Assembly: GCA_963665125.2 (NCBI GenBank)
Contig: CAXXUK010000001.1
Location: 1,216,001 to 1,280,000, forward strand
DNA length: 64,000 bases
From: an uncultured Desulfarculus sp.
Lineage (GTDB): Bacteria > Desulfobacterota > Desulfarculia > Desulfarculales > Desulfarculaceae
Reading direction: 5' to 3'
Below the pieces are notes generated by a model. That model saw only the letters and a list, made by a program, of their open reading frames with translations. It did not search any database and was not told the origin of the DNA. Positions 32,293-43,309 of the stretch are shown in pieces. A program made the position numbers and the translations under genes. Position 1 is the stretch's first letter, and every line of letters starts with the position of its first letter.

Positions 32293-32525
32293 TTGCCTCT
32301 CGGCGCCGACTCATATATGCAGGTGTTTTTTACAAGCGCACCAAGGCATGATCCTTACATTTCAATAGCTACTTATCAATAGGCGCCGCCGCTAAATCGC
32401 GGCTGGTGTTTTCCGCTCAATTCCAAAGCTGAGCTTCAACGCGAGCAAAAAAATAGTTGTATCGCCGTAAGCCATTATGCGATATTTCTCACACAGTAAT
32501 GATATCGCCAACTTTGGAGTGATCT

Positions 32526-34394
32526 ATGTCCGACTACAAGCACAAAGATATGGCAGGCCTTATCGAACAGGAAAAAACCCCGTTCAAAAGCCTATTAACA
32601 GCCACCAACACCTATGATCTCATCAAGAACGGCGCGGCGATAGATCCGAAGGCGCCGGCAATTTCCTTCCTCGCCTCCGGTGAGCAATACAAGAACGCGT
32701 CAACCCGTTCATATGAAAATTTCATGTTCGAGATCAACCGGGCAGCCAACATGCTCCACGATCTCGGCATCGGCCCCAATGATGTCGTGTCTTATTTGCT
32801 GCCCAATCTGCCCCAGACCCATTTCCTTCTATGGGGAGGCCAAGCGGCGGGAATCGTCAATCCTATTAACTTCCTGTTGGAAGCAAACACGGTTCGCGAT
32901 ATCTGCCATGCCGCCAAAACAAAGGTCCTTGTAGCTTTGGGCGACTACCCCGGCCTGGACATTTGGAAAAAAGTGGAATCCATCCGTGGCGAATTGCCAT
33001 ATCTCAAAGCCGTCATTAGAGGTCTGGGCCCCAGCGACGAAAAAAACGGCATTTACGGCTACGATGAATTCGTGGAAAAATACAATGGCAACAAACTCGA
33101 CTTCCAGAGGGATATCGACCCCGACGACGTTGCCACGATTTTCCACACCGGCGGCACAACGGGTACGCCCAAGCTGGCTCCGCGCACCCACATGAACGAA
33201 GTGGCCAACGCTGTCCAGACAGGCATGATCTCGCCCTTGGAAACCGGCGAAACCATTCTCAGCGGTCTGCCTCTGTTCCACACCAACGGCACCACTGTTA
33301 CGGGATCTTCGGCCTTTGCCAAGGGTTCACACGTGGTCATCCTTTCGCCCTACGGCTATCGGGACCCCAGCGTGATCATGAATTTCTACAAGATCGTCGA
33401 GAAATTCAAGGCAGTCACCTTCTCCGCCGTGCCCACGGTGCTGGCCATGCTCATGGAAGTTCCCAAGGGAGATGCCGACATTTCTTCGCTCAAGGCCGCC
33501 GTCTGCGGCGCGGCTCCTCTTTCGGTGGAACTGTTCGAGCGTTTTGAACAAAAAACCGGCATGAAGATTACCGAGGGTTACGGCCTAACCGAAGGCCTCT
33601 GCGTTTCCTCGGTAAACCCGTATTGGGGAGAAAGAAAAGTCGGATCCATCGGCCTGCGCATACCGTACCAGGACATGGCCGTCCTTATCTGCGACGAAGA
33701 AGGCAAATTGATCCGCGAAGCCAATGTCAACGAAATCGGCAACGTGTGCATCAGCGGCCCCAACGTGTTCAATGGCTACACCGAAGATATCCACAACAAG
33801 ACCCTGTTCCCCAAAGAGGGCTGGGTCAACACCGGCGACCTGGGCCGCAGGGATGCGGACGGATACTTCTTCCTCACCGGCCGCAAAAAAGAGCTGATCA
33901 TCCGCGGCGGCCACAACATCGACCCGGCAATCATTGAGGAGCCTCTGTACGCCCTGCCCGGCGTGTCCTTGGCCGCGGCGGTGGGCCGCCCCGACCCCCA
34001 CGCCGGTGAAGTGCCGGTGGCCTATGTCCAGCTCCAGGACGGCTCCGACCTCACCGTTGAAAAGATCATGGAGTATCTCAAGGAAAACGTCGGTGAACGG
34101 GCGGCTGTACCCAAGGAAGTTGTCATCCTCGATGAAATTCCGTTGACCCCCGTGGGCAAGATGTTCAAACCGGCCATGCGTTGGGATGCCACCAAGCGCA
34201 TCTACGAGCAAGAATTAGCCGCCTTGGGCGAAATGGCCAAAGAGGTCAATGTGGATGTCGCCGAAAGCAAGATCCACGGCACGGTAGTACATATCAACGT
34301 CACGGCCGACAAGGCCACGGCCGATGATATCAAGGCCAAGGTCTCTGATTTGCTCTCGCTCTACACGCTCAAGTACGACCTGAACATTATCTAA
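32526..34394 (+). CDS. Acyl-CoA synthetase / AMP-binding protein
   Basis: FHTGGTTGTPK, EGYGLTE, TGDLG, GRKKELIIRGGHNIDP, P.TPVGK. Confidence 0.92.
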   Translation: MSDYKHKDMAGLIEQEKTPFKSLLTATNTYDLIKNGAAIDPKAPAISFLASGEQYKNASTRSYENFMFEINRAANMLHDLGIGPNDVVSYLLPNLPQTHFLLWGGQAAGIVNPINFLLEANTVRDICHAAKTKVLVALGDYPGLDIWKKVESIRGELPYLKAVIRGLGPSDEKNGIYGYDEFVEKYNGNKLDFQRDIDPDDVATIFHTGGTTGTPKLAPRTHMNEVANAVQTGMISPLETGETILSGLPLFHTNGTTVTGSSAFAKGSHVVILSPYGYRDPSVIMNFYKIVEKFKAVTFSAVPTVLAMLMEVPKGDADISSLKAAVCGAAPLSVELFERFEQKTGMKITEGYGLTEGLCVSSVNPYWGERKVGSIGLRIPYQDMAVLICDEEGKLIREANVNEIGNVCISGPNVFNGYTEDIHNKTLFPKEGWVNTGDLGRRDADGYFFLTGRKKELIIRGGHNIDPAIIEEPLYALPGVSLAAAVGRPDPHAGEVPVAYVQLQDGSDLTVEKIMEYLKENVGERAAVPKEVVILDEIPLTPVGKMFKPAMRWDATKRIYEQELAALGEMAKEVNVDVAESKIHGTVVHINVTADKATADDIKAKVSDLLSLYTLKYDLNII

Positions 34395-34411
34395 GCAACG
34401 CCAGATACGAT

Positions 34412-34452
34412 AAACAAACGCCGGTACTTTTTACCGGCGTTTGTTTTGTTTT
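34412..34452 (+). terminator. Intrinsic terminator
   Basis: 15-bp stem AAACAAACGCCGGTA/TACCGGCGTTTGTTT with a T-rich tail, just after the acyl-CoA synthetase stop. Confidence 0.75.
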
Positions 34453-34504
34453 ACAATATAACGATCGTTCTATACATATAAACCTCGTTTTCCGGAGTAT
34501 ATCC

Positions 34505-35587
34505 ATGGATTCCTATGAAAAGCTTCGCCAAAACCTGCATGTCCACACTGCCGGAGCGCCGAAGTCGGCGGCCTTTGACCGCATTTTGCGCATCCTTTTC
34601 ACACCCGAGGAGGTGGTGGTGGCTCTGGGCATGGGCTTCGCGCCACGTCCCGTGGAATCCATTGCCCAAAAGGCAGGCGTGTCACCAGAGGAAGCCGAGG
34701 CCAGGTGCCGCTCCATGCTCGACAAGAGCGTCATCTTCGGACGCGAAAAAAGCGGACAAATGGGCTATGCCCTCCTACCCACAATACCCGGTTTGTTCGA
34801 GTTCCCGTTCATGGCCGGCGGCGGCGAACCCATGCATGACGAGCTTGGAAAACTCTGGAATGAGTACCACCACGAAGGCCTGGGCCAAGAGTTTGCCGCA
34901 AGTCAAACCCCATTAATGCGCGTCATTCCGATAAATAAAACTATCGAGAATAATACCGAAGTCATGCCGTTCGACGCCCTGGACCAAATGCTCCCAAAGG
35001 CCAAATTGATCAGCGTGGCCCACTGCGCCTGCAGGGTATCCCAGAAAAATTGCGAACGGCCTCTTGAGGTCTGTATGATTTTCGACGCAATGGCCCAGTT
35101 TTTAATCGACCGGAATTTGGCCCGGCCGATCACCCTGGACGATGCCAGAGATATTCTGAGAACTTCCGAAGAAGCCGGACTGGTCCATAACGTCAACAAC
35201 GCGGCCGACCGGCTCAGCGTGGTGTGCAACTGCTGCCCTTGCTGTTGTACGGTCTTGCGGGGCATCACCGAGTTGAATATGCCCAATGCCGTGGCACGCA
35301 GCCGCTACCAGGTCTCCATTGACCCCGATCTCTGCACCGGCTGCGGAGTCTGTGTGGACGAACGCTGCCCGGTGGGGGCTATCGCCTTGCAGGACGATAT
35401 CGCCGTGGCCAACGCCAAGCGCTGCATCGGCTGCGGGCTGTGCGTCACCACCTGCCCGGGCGAGGCCATCAGCCTGGAAAGCCGGCCCGACGCGCCGGAC
35501 ACCCCGGCCACCACCGCCGAGATGGGCCTCAAGGTGGTCAGCGAAAAAGGCCGCCTGGACCAGTTCATGGAAATGATGAAGCCATAG
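34505..35587 (+). CDS. 4Fe-4S dicluster domain protein
   Basis: HCACR, CNCCPCCC, CTGCGVCVDERCP, CIGCGLCVTTCP. Confidence 0.88.
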   Translation: MDSYEKLRQNLHVHTAGAPKSAAFDRILRILFTPEEVVVALGMGFAPRPVESIAQKAGVSPEEAEARCRSMLDKSVIFGREKSGQMGYALLPTIPGLFEFPFMAGGGEPMHDELGKLWNEYHHEGLGQEFAASQTPLMRVIPINKTIENNTEVMPFDALDQMLPKAKLISVAHCACRVSQKNCERPLEVCMIFDAMAQFLIDRNLARPITLDDARDILRTSEEAGLVHNVNNAADRLSVVCNCCPCCCTVLRGITELNMPNAVARSRYQVSIDPDLCTGCGVCVDERCPVGAIALQDDIAVANAKRCIGCGLCVTTCPGEAISLESRPDAPDTPATTAEMGLKVVSEKGRLDQFMEMMKP

Positions 35588-35928
35588 CGATAACGGGCAA
35601 AGGCCCTCTGATTAACGAATCTTTGGTGCACCATTGTTACTGTGTTTTAAATGGACATACCCGGAAATAGTCAGGCATGTTCTTCCGGACGTACGCCATG
35701 AGGCTGGATCAAAGATCAATACGTTGGTAATAGAAAAGGACGGTAACGGTTAAACTATCAGCCGAAACCACCTGGCACCCACTTTAAACCATCCAAGCCA
35801 AAAAAGGCCGCGAAACCGTTTACGCCGAATAGACTGATGGGGAGCATTTTTTGAGTCGCACAACCTACTTTAACAACCTTATTACCCTTTTAACATATAG
35901 ATATGGTTGTTTTTTTGGATTTTTTATT

Positions 35929-35956
35929 TCAAGAAACACCTTCACCGTGCCGATCA
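35929..35956 (+). promoter_or_regulatory. Putative sigma28 (FliA) promoter
   Basis: TCAAG-N15-GCCGATCA about 50 nt upstream of the 36009 ORF. Confidence 0.55.
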
Positions 35957-36008
35957 ATGATATAGAGTTCGTTTGAAGTATCAAGGTGCAAATCCCTTGG
36001 AGAGTTAG

Positions 36009-36716
36009 GTGAACGTCCATTCATTCGGAAACAGTTTTGACTGCCTTCTGACACCTTGCAAGCAGAAACCAGAGGAAACGGTCCAACAAAACACTCTCCA
36101 ATTATCTACAAGCAGCGGAATTGCTTCTGAGTTGTCCGATACGGCAGAATCTATTTTAATTGGCGCATTATCGGGATATTCAAGCCAGACAGAAAACAAT
36201 CCCACATATTCACATCATCAACAATCAAAGTACATTACGGCAAAACTAGATTCCTTTCAGACACAGAAACAATTCAGCAGCACTTTGGGCTCCCTTGTAA
36301 CAATGCTTCCGACGAACCTTATTGCACGCAACAATAGTAAGAATAAATACACCGAGGCAATGCTGAACAAGGCCAAGGCGCAAAGGCTCGCCCGCGAGGC
36401 CCAAAACGATTTGATACATAGAAAGTCCAAAGAAAACCTGGAACGTGCACGGGAAAATATCGAGGAAAAGGCCAAAGACGTTCTTGTGGCAGACGGTTAC
36501 GCAAAATATTCAACGCCGGAAGCGGCTTTGGAATATCTGGACAATTCTCAAAAACGACTCACGGACATGGCCCAACAATCACTGGCAGCCCAAGCCTACC
36601 GTGCATCCTTGGCTACTGTGGAGCAAACACAAGTTGACCTCCCAACCGCTGTTCAACTCGATACTCCTACCGCAACTTCGGGTGGATCAACGCCATCCAT
36701 CAACGTAAAAATCTAG
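36009..36716 (+). CDS. Hypothetical low-complexity helical protein
   Basis: 235-aa ORF, GGAG RBS before GTG; S/T/Q-rich with a central charged helix; ends SINVKI. Confidence 0.65.
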   Translation: MNVHSFGNSFDCLLTPCKQKPEETVQQNTLQLSTSSGIASELSDTAESILIGALSGYSSQTENNPTYSHHQQSKYITAKLDSFQTQKQFSSTLGSLVTMLPTNLIARNNSKNKYTEAMLNKAKAQRLAREAQNDLIHRKSKENLERARENIEEKAKDVLVADGYAKYSTPEAALEYLDNSQKRLTDMAQQSLAAQAYRASLATVEQTQVDLPTAVQLDTPTATSGGSTPSINVKI

Positions 36717-36789
36717 CCGTTCCATCTAGACCAAAAACAAGCAACGCCTCTGTTTAAATGGTTTACAGAGCCCCTCTCAATGTTCAACA

Positions 36790-36882
36790 CCGCGAAACCA
36801 TTTACGCCAAAGGCGAAAACGGCTTCGCGGAAAAGTTTTTTGGGGGTTTGGGGGGCTTTTTTAAAAAAGCCCCCCAAGAAAA
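36790..36882. repeat. REP-like composite palindrome (hairpin plus GGGG-T-GGGGGG palindrome)
   Basis: CCGCGAA...CGCC-AAA-GGCG...TTCGCGG hairpin followed by TTGGGGGGCTTTTTTAAAAAAGCCCCCCAA; a near-identical inverted copy of the latter lies at 52541-52590. Confidence 0.75.
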
Positions 36883-36889
36883 GACGAAT

Positions 36890-38062
<1,173 letters not shown>

Positions 38063-38920
38063 TTACCAGCGGCTCCTCATGCCCATTCGGGTGCCCTGGC
38101 CGCCGGCGGCAGCCTGGAGCACTTCAACGTCCTGTTCTTTTTTGATCAGCGCACCGGCGAAAGGCAGTTCCTTGGCCACCTTGTCCGGCGAGATGCCACC
38201 GGCGATGAGTGCCTGAATCCAGTCCAGAAGTTCGCTGGTGGATGGTTTCTTGCGGAAGCCGTCGATCTCGCGCAGCCAATAGAATTTCTTGAGAACTTCC
38301 TTGAGCAGTGTGGTGTCCAGACCGGGATAATGCACGCCGACGATCCTGGTCATCAGTTCCTCGTCGGGAAACTCGATGTAGTGGAAAACGCAACGGCGCA
38401 GGAAGGCGTCGGGCAGTTCTTTTTCCGAGTTGGAGGTGATCACCACGATGGGGCGTTTCTCGGCCGCGATGGTTTCACCTGTCTCGTTGATGTAGAACTT
38501 CATCTCGTCCAGCTCATTGAGCAGGTCGTTGGGGAACTCGATGTCGGCCTTGTCCACTTCGTCGATGAGTAGCACCGGCTGGTTTGGGTGATTGAAAGAT
38601 TCGCCCAACTGGCCCAGGTGAATATAGTGGCTGATGTCGCTGACGTCGCCGCCGCCGAAGCGCGAGTCGTTCAGGCGCTGGACGGTATCATATATATAGA
38701 GTCCGTCGCGGGCCTTGGTGGTGGACTTGACGTTCCAGACGATGAGTTCCTTTTCCAGGCCCCTGGCGATGTTGTGGGCCAACAGGGTTTTGCCCGTTCC
38801 AGGTTCGCCCTTGACCAGCAGCGGGCGGCCCAGGGCTATGGATACGTTGACCACATCGCGCAACGCATCGGAAACAATGTATTTATCCGTACCTGTGAAT
38901 CTATCGAAACTGGAAGACAT
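38063..38920 (-). CDS. MoxR family AAA+ ATPase
   Basis: GEPGTGKT, LLIDEVDKAD.EFPNDLL, TSNSEKELPDAFLRRC, KKPSTSELLDW. Confidence 0.92.
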   Translation of the reverse strand: MSSSFDRFTGTDKYIVSDALRDVVNVSIALGRPLLVKGEPGTGKTLLAHNIARGLEKELIVWNVKSTTKARDGLYIYDTVQRLNDSRFGGGDVSDISHYIHLGQLGESFNHPNQPVLLIDEVDKADIEFPNDLLNELDEMKFYINETGETIAAEKRPIVVITSNSEKELPDAFLRRCVFHYIEFPDEELMTRIVGVHYPGLDTTLLKEVLKKFYWLREIDGFRKKPSTSELLDWIQALIAGGISPDKVAKELPFAGALIKKEQDVEVLQAAAGGQGTRMGMRSRW

Positions 38921-39337
38921 GAAGTTCTCCTAAAAGAAGGCGCAAAGTGCCGGTATTGACTATCTCGCATACAAAATATTACCCAGTTAAATTTATAAAT
39001 CAAGTGTTCGGTTTTTTCCGCGTTAGAAAAATAATCCTTTTATCGGCAATATTGCCGCAGGCTATATGCGCTTCCAATGATTGCGTACCCAGTCGGCATC
39101 TTTGAATTAATAATAATGGCCTGTTCTTTTATAACCTATTGACCACAGTATAGCTATTTTGTATGTTCAGGATGTTTACTTTGGCGCATTAGAGGCGCTG
39201 AATTAAGCACAGCCTGCCCCCTGTAAAATCAGGCATGACGATCAACTCGTTCTGAAAGCGGATATCAGACCAAGATTAACATCTTGGCAACCACTCATTG
39301 TGATCCACCATTAGGTGCTGAAACGGGGCTGAAGCTT

Positions 39338-41611
39338 ATGCACGGAAAAATTAATAGTCAAAGACTTAAGGTCTACATACTGATAATCTTGAGTCTATTC
39401 CTCCTACCCACAGCCGTCACTCAGGCAGCAGCTGACACACTTTCAACAAGTACTCAGTCTAATACAGTTGACCAAAAACCGGAGACTGCTCCATCTCAAC
39501 AGTGGACAACGGAATCGGGCAAGCTCAAAGCCACGGGCAGCCTCTCATCCGGCGGCGCGAACGGCAACCTCGCCCTTTCCGACAACAACACATCATGGGC
39601 CTGGCAAGTCGGCGGCAGGGCCGGCATGCTCAATGAAGAGTTTGCCTTTGGCGTCAACGCGGCGGGCGGCTGGTCTCCCGGCGGCGACTGGGGCCTATGG
39701 CTCAACCTGGACGGCGAATTCACCGGCGAATTCGTGGACCATTATCAGGCCACACTCAACGCCGGTTACCGCCTGAACCAGGATTTCAGGCTGCTGGGCA
39801 CCCTGGATTACCTGAGCAAAACCATAGAAGTGGAAAGCTGGGATAAAAACGAGATGCTCAACCAGTACGGCGCGGGCATCTCCCTTGACTACACAATATC
39901 GGAAAGCATTGGCCTTGCGGGCTTTTACCAGCACTACAAGACCGAGGGCCAAGAGTACGGCAGAATCAGCGAGTATGACTACGTCGATTCTGACAACTGG
40001 CAGCACTATGGCTGGCTGTACGGCGCGGTGCGAGGCGGCGATTATGACGAACTTGGCGTGGACGCCACCTACCGCCTGCCCGGCCTGAACATGGATATCG
40101 GCCTGGGACTGAGCCAAATCTGGCGCAAATATGAAGAAATGCTGGGCTACGACTCCAAGAATGTGGAGACGGCGGCCGGACGCCTGAGCTATGACTGGCG
40201 GGATATCTTGGCCAGCGGCGTGAACTTCAGGGCCGGGGTGTCCATGGAGTTTGCCGATAACGACAACCTTAGCTGGAACGTCAGCCTTGATAGGCAGGTG
40301 GGTCCGGTTAGCGTGGCCCTGACCTACAGCGAATACTCCAACGACCTGGCCACCAGCGACCGCAGGCTCTACGCCAGCGTGAACCTGCCCATCGGCTCGA
40401 CCGCTTCGGAAATCAAAGAAGGAGACCGCGGCCCGCGCAAACCCGCCTTCAGCGGCCAGTGGTTGACCAGCCCGGTGACCGGCATGGGTCAGCCAACGCT
40501 CAAGGTATCCGAACAGCTTGAACGGCGCGTGGACGAAACCGAGGTGAACCTGGCGGAATTGCCGGAAAACGCAACGATTAACAAGAACCTGATGACGATC
40601 AGCGGTCTGCCGGCCCTTACGGGCGTCAACGCAACCTACTGCAAGCCGGACTCGGCTACGGCCGCTTTCAGCTTGGGCATGGGCAACACCTCAGTTATTG
40701 TGGACTTGGAGAAACTGCCTTGTCCGGCCAATGTCATGGTTACCTATAACCAGAGTGACGGCCTATACACCAGCATCAGCTTCAACACCAAAGAGGGATC
40801 GGTAAAAATAAACAATATCGATGCATGCATCAATATGCCTAAAGACGAATTGGAGGCCATTTACAGGCAAGCAAAGTACACCAAAGATGACCCTTCGAAA
40901 TTAAGCATCCGTGTATCCGGCTATTCCACTGCTTTTTCCGGAGACGTTGTAACGTATGAGGTAATCACTAAATCCGGCTCAGAGGCCCAGACGAACCAGA
41001 ACAATACATCCATGGTCATTGTTTGGCAAGTAAGTGGAGGGACTGTTGTTTTTCAGGATTTTGACATCATAAAAGTCAAAGCTCCTGAAGTGCAGGAAGG
41101 CAAGTTGGCAACAATAACTGCATCGGCAACCGCCACTTATGTATCAGGCGAAGTCCAGTATATATCGCATGGTGAACAAGAAACCGTAGTCAAGCCCAAA
41201 GTTTCCGATGATGACGACGACACCGGCGATGACACCGGAGACGACTCGGGCAAACCTGAAAGCCTGCCTAATTTCATGAAAAACAAAAACCTGTACGTGG
41301 AAAATGCAGGCGAAAATTTCAAGATCGGTTTTACAACAGACGATTCAGGCAAGCCCAATTATTTCTGTTATACCAAGGGCAGCGCTGATATGAATTCCAT
41401 GATGAGCAGCTACACGGCCACCAGGGGCTCTGACGGAAAGGTGACTGTTGCCATGGCCATCAGCGTGCCTATCAACGGAAAAGACACTGACTTTGAAATG
41501 GATCTACATCTGGACAAGGACGACGTCACGTTGCTAAGCACCAGTAATGTGCGCGTGATCCCAAAAGGCGGAAGCACCACGACCTATAAGGTGACCGGCT
41601 ACATAAAATAG
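39338..41611 (+). CDS. Large exported protein, N-terminal beta-barrel-like region and C-terminal beta-rich passenger-like region
   Basis: Signal peptide ending TQA-A; amphipathic Tyr/Trp/Gly-rich strands; Asp-rich linker DDDDDTGDDTGDDSG. Confidence 0.7.
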   Translation: MHGKINSQRLKVYILIILSLFLLPTAVTQAAADTLSTSTQSNTVDQKPETAPSQQWTTESGKLKATGSLSSGGANGNLALSDNNTSWAWQVGGRAGMLNEEFAFGVNAAGGWSPGGDWGLWLNLDGEFTGEFVDHYQATLNAGYRLNQDFRLLGTLDYLSKTIEVESWDKNEMLNQYGAGISLDYTISESIGLAGFYQHYKTEGQEYGRISEYDYVDSDNWQHYGWLYGAVRGGDYDELGVDATYRLPGLNMDIGLGLSQIWRKYEEMLGYDSKNVETAAGRLSYDWRDILASGVNFRAGVSMEFADNDNLSWNVSLDRQVGPVSVALTYSEYSNDLATSDRRLYASVNLPIGSTASEIKEGDRGPRKPAFSGQWLTSPVTGMGQPTLKVSEQLERRVDETEVNLAELPENATINKNLMTISGLPALTGVNATYCKPDSATAAFSLGMGNTSVIVDLEKLPCPANVMVTYNQSDGLYTSISFNTKEGSVKINNIDACINMPKDELEAIYRQAKYTKDDPSKLSIRVSGYSTAFSGDVVTYEVITKSGSEAQTNQNNTSMVIVWQVSGGTVVFQDFDIIKVKAPEVQEGKLATITASATATYVSGEVQYISHGEQETVVKPKVSDDDDDTGDDTGDDSGKPESLPNFMKNKNLYVENAGENFKIGFTTDDSGKPNYFCYTKGSADMNSMMSSYTATRGSDGKVTVAMAISVPINGKDTDFEMDLHLDKDDVTLLSTSNVRVIPKGGSTTTYKVTGYIK

Positions 41612-41654
41612 GCGCATCCATCAACGATCAAGGCGGCATGCACCAGGCAAAGAG

Positions 41655-42872
41655 TGTACAGTGATGGTATTGACCTGACAGTCGCCTCCTACCGGGCAGG
41701 TTGTTAGGCTGCCTTTTTGCTCTTATTATTTTTCGGTTCAGGATTCAAGTCTTTCAGCCCATCTTTGAAAGCCTGATACGGCGTCCTACCGTTCATGTTG
41801 CGGCCCTGGTGGGGCCGTTTCGTATTGTAAAGGGCCAGATACTCTTCCAGATCATTCTGCATCTCATCGACCGACTCGTACCATTTCTTGCGGCCCACGA
41901 TGCGGAAATGCTCGTCCAGCAGGGTACGGTGAAGCCGCTCCACAAAGCCGTTTGACTGGGGACGGCGCACCTTGGTTGTGCGGTGTTCGATGCCCTCAAG
42001 TTGCAGGAACAGCTCGTAAGGGTGGCGGTCCTCACGGCCACAAAATTCCCTGCCGTTGTCGCTGAGAATTGTCGTGATTGAAGCGTCATGCTGCTCGAAG
42101 AAGGGCAGTACGTCGGTGTTGAGCACATGGACGGCGGTCACCGGCAGCTTGGAGGTGTAGAGCCTGCCCCAGGCGTGGCGGCTGTGGCAATCGATCACCG
42201 ATTGCAGGTAGACCTTGCCCACGCCCTTGAGGGTGCCCACAAAGAAAGTGTCCACCGCCACCAGATCGCCCACACCCTTGGTTTCAATGTGGCGCTCTCG
42301 AAACTCCGGGCTGAATCGCTCCAAGAGGGCGACCTGTTCCTCGCTCAAATCGATCTTGGTTTCCGACACGTGGCGCTCCAGCCGCAGCAGGCGCTCATGG
42401 CGGCTCAAAAGATTGTGTCGGGACCAAACTCCCCGCACACCGCCGGAGCTGACCTGGATGCCTTTTAGGGCCAGTTCGTCGGCCACGCGAAGGCAGCCAT
42501 GGGTGGGATAATCCAAGCTGTGGTCCAGAATGGCCTTTTCGATTTCTTCTGACACCCGGTTGGGATGTGGTCCTTTGGGGCCGGGAAGCCGATCCACCAG
42601 GCCTTCGGCCCCAAACGTCTGGTAGTTGCGCCTGATCTCATAGAATTGCTGGCGGGAATAGCCCATGATCTTGCAGGCCCGGCTGACGTTCTTCAAATCA
42701 GACGCCAACTCTAGTAAACTCAGCTTCCTGCGTGCTACTTTCTTTTCGGTGGTCATGTCCTTTACCTCCTTGGGTTCGAAGTGCTTCGCAACACTTCTTC
42801 TAACCCGGTAGGAGGCGGCATGGCCACCTCTTCATTTGGCTCTATGTGTCAGGTAATTACCGTCACAGCACA
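41655..42872 (-). mobile_element. IS481-family insertion sequence (1218 bp)
   Basis: TGT...ACA ends; 26-bp imperfect IRs at 41655-41680 and 42847-42872; 7-bp direct repeat CAAAGAG at 41648-41654 and 42873-42879. Confidence 0.92.
41704..42756 (-). CDS. IS481 family DDE transposase
   Basis: HTH N-terminus (NVSRACKIMGYSRQQFYE), VAVDT, ILSDNGREF, PQSNGFVERLH, YNTKRPH. Confidence 0.93.
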   Translation of the reverse strand: MTTEKKVARRKLSLLELASDLKNVSRACKIMGYSRQQFYEIRRNYQTFGAEGLVDRLPGPKGPHPNRVSEEIEKAILDHSLDYPTHGCLRVADELALKGIQVSSGGVRGVWSRHNLLSRHERLLRLERHVSETKIDLSEEQVALLERFSPEFRERHIETKGVGDLVAVDTFFVGTLKGVGKVYLQSVIDCHSRHAWGRLYTSKLPVTAVHVLNTDVLPFFEQHDASITTILSDNGREFCGREDRHPYELFLQLEGIEHRTTKVRRPQSNGFVERLHRTLLDEHFRIVGRKKWYESVDEMQNDLEEYLALYNTKRPHQGRNMNGRTPYQAFKDGLKDLNPEPKNNKSKKAA

Positions 42873-42884
42873 CAAAGAGAACAA

Positions 42885-42920
42885 GGGGCCTTTCCCACCA
42901 GGGAGAGGCCCCATTCCTTT
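42885..42920 (+). terminator. Intrinsic terminator-like hairpin
   Basis: GGGGCCTTTCCC-ACCA-GGGAGAGGCCCC followed by ATTCCTTT. Confidence 0.65.
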
Positions 42921-42958
42921 GAACCGGCAATTAAATGCAGGCGTTACAACTCTTGGGC

Positions 42959-42987
42959 TTGCATTGGCAAATCCAATTAACTATCAT
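42959..42987 (+). promoter_or_regulatory. Putative sigma70 promoter of the symporter operon
   Basis: TTGCAT-N17-TATCAT. Confidence 0.5.
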
Positions 42988-43086
42988 GTTTCAATCCTGC
43001 GGGATTACATACAGTATACGATTCAGCCGCCCCTAAAGGGCGTCTGTATAAATCGGCGCCCCGGCGCTATCAACTGGAGGAATATT

Positions 43087-43248
43087 GTGTTTGGAATCGC
43101 TAGCATGGAGTTGTCTTGGGCTTATGTCCTATGCATCTTTGCGTCGTTTATCTGCGTGGTCTATGGCATCGCCAAGTGGAACAGCTCCGGCCCCACCACC
43201 GGCGAATTGAAAACCGAGGCAGAACCGGAAAAGCTCAAACAAACCTAA
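43087..43248 (+). CDS. Small single-TM symporter accessory protein
   Basis: GGAGG RBS and GTG start; MFGI...AYVLCIFASFICVVYGIAKWN, the pattern of small partners found upstream of SSS symporters. Confidence 0.75.
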   Translation: MFGIASMELSWAYVLCIFASFICVVYGIAKWNSSGPTTGELKTEAEPEKLKQT

Positions 43249-43309
43249 GCCCCGGGCTTAGCGTGGCCACGGTGCTTAGCGCTGCACCGGTGGTTTGGGA
43301 GAGGAATTC

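Noticed and set aside
42781..43086. N-terminal extension of the 155-aa ORF
   Set aside because: It spans the IS end, terminator and promoter; the real gene starts at GTG 43087 after GGAGG.
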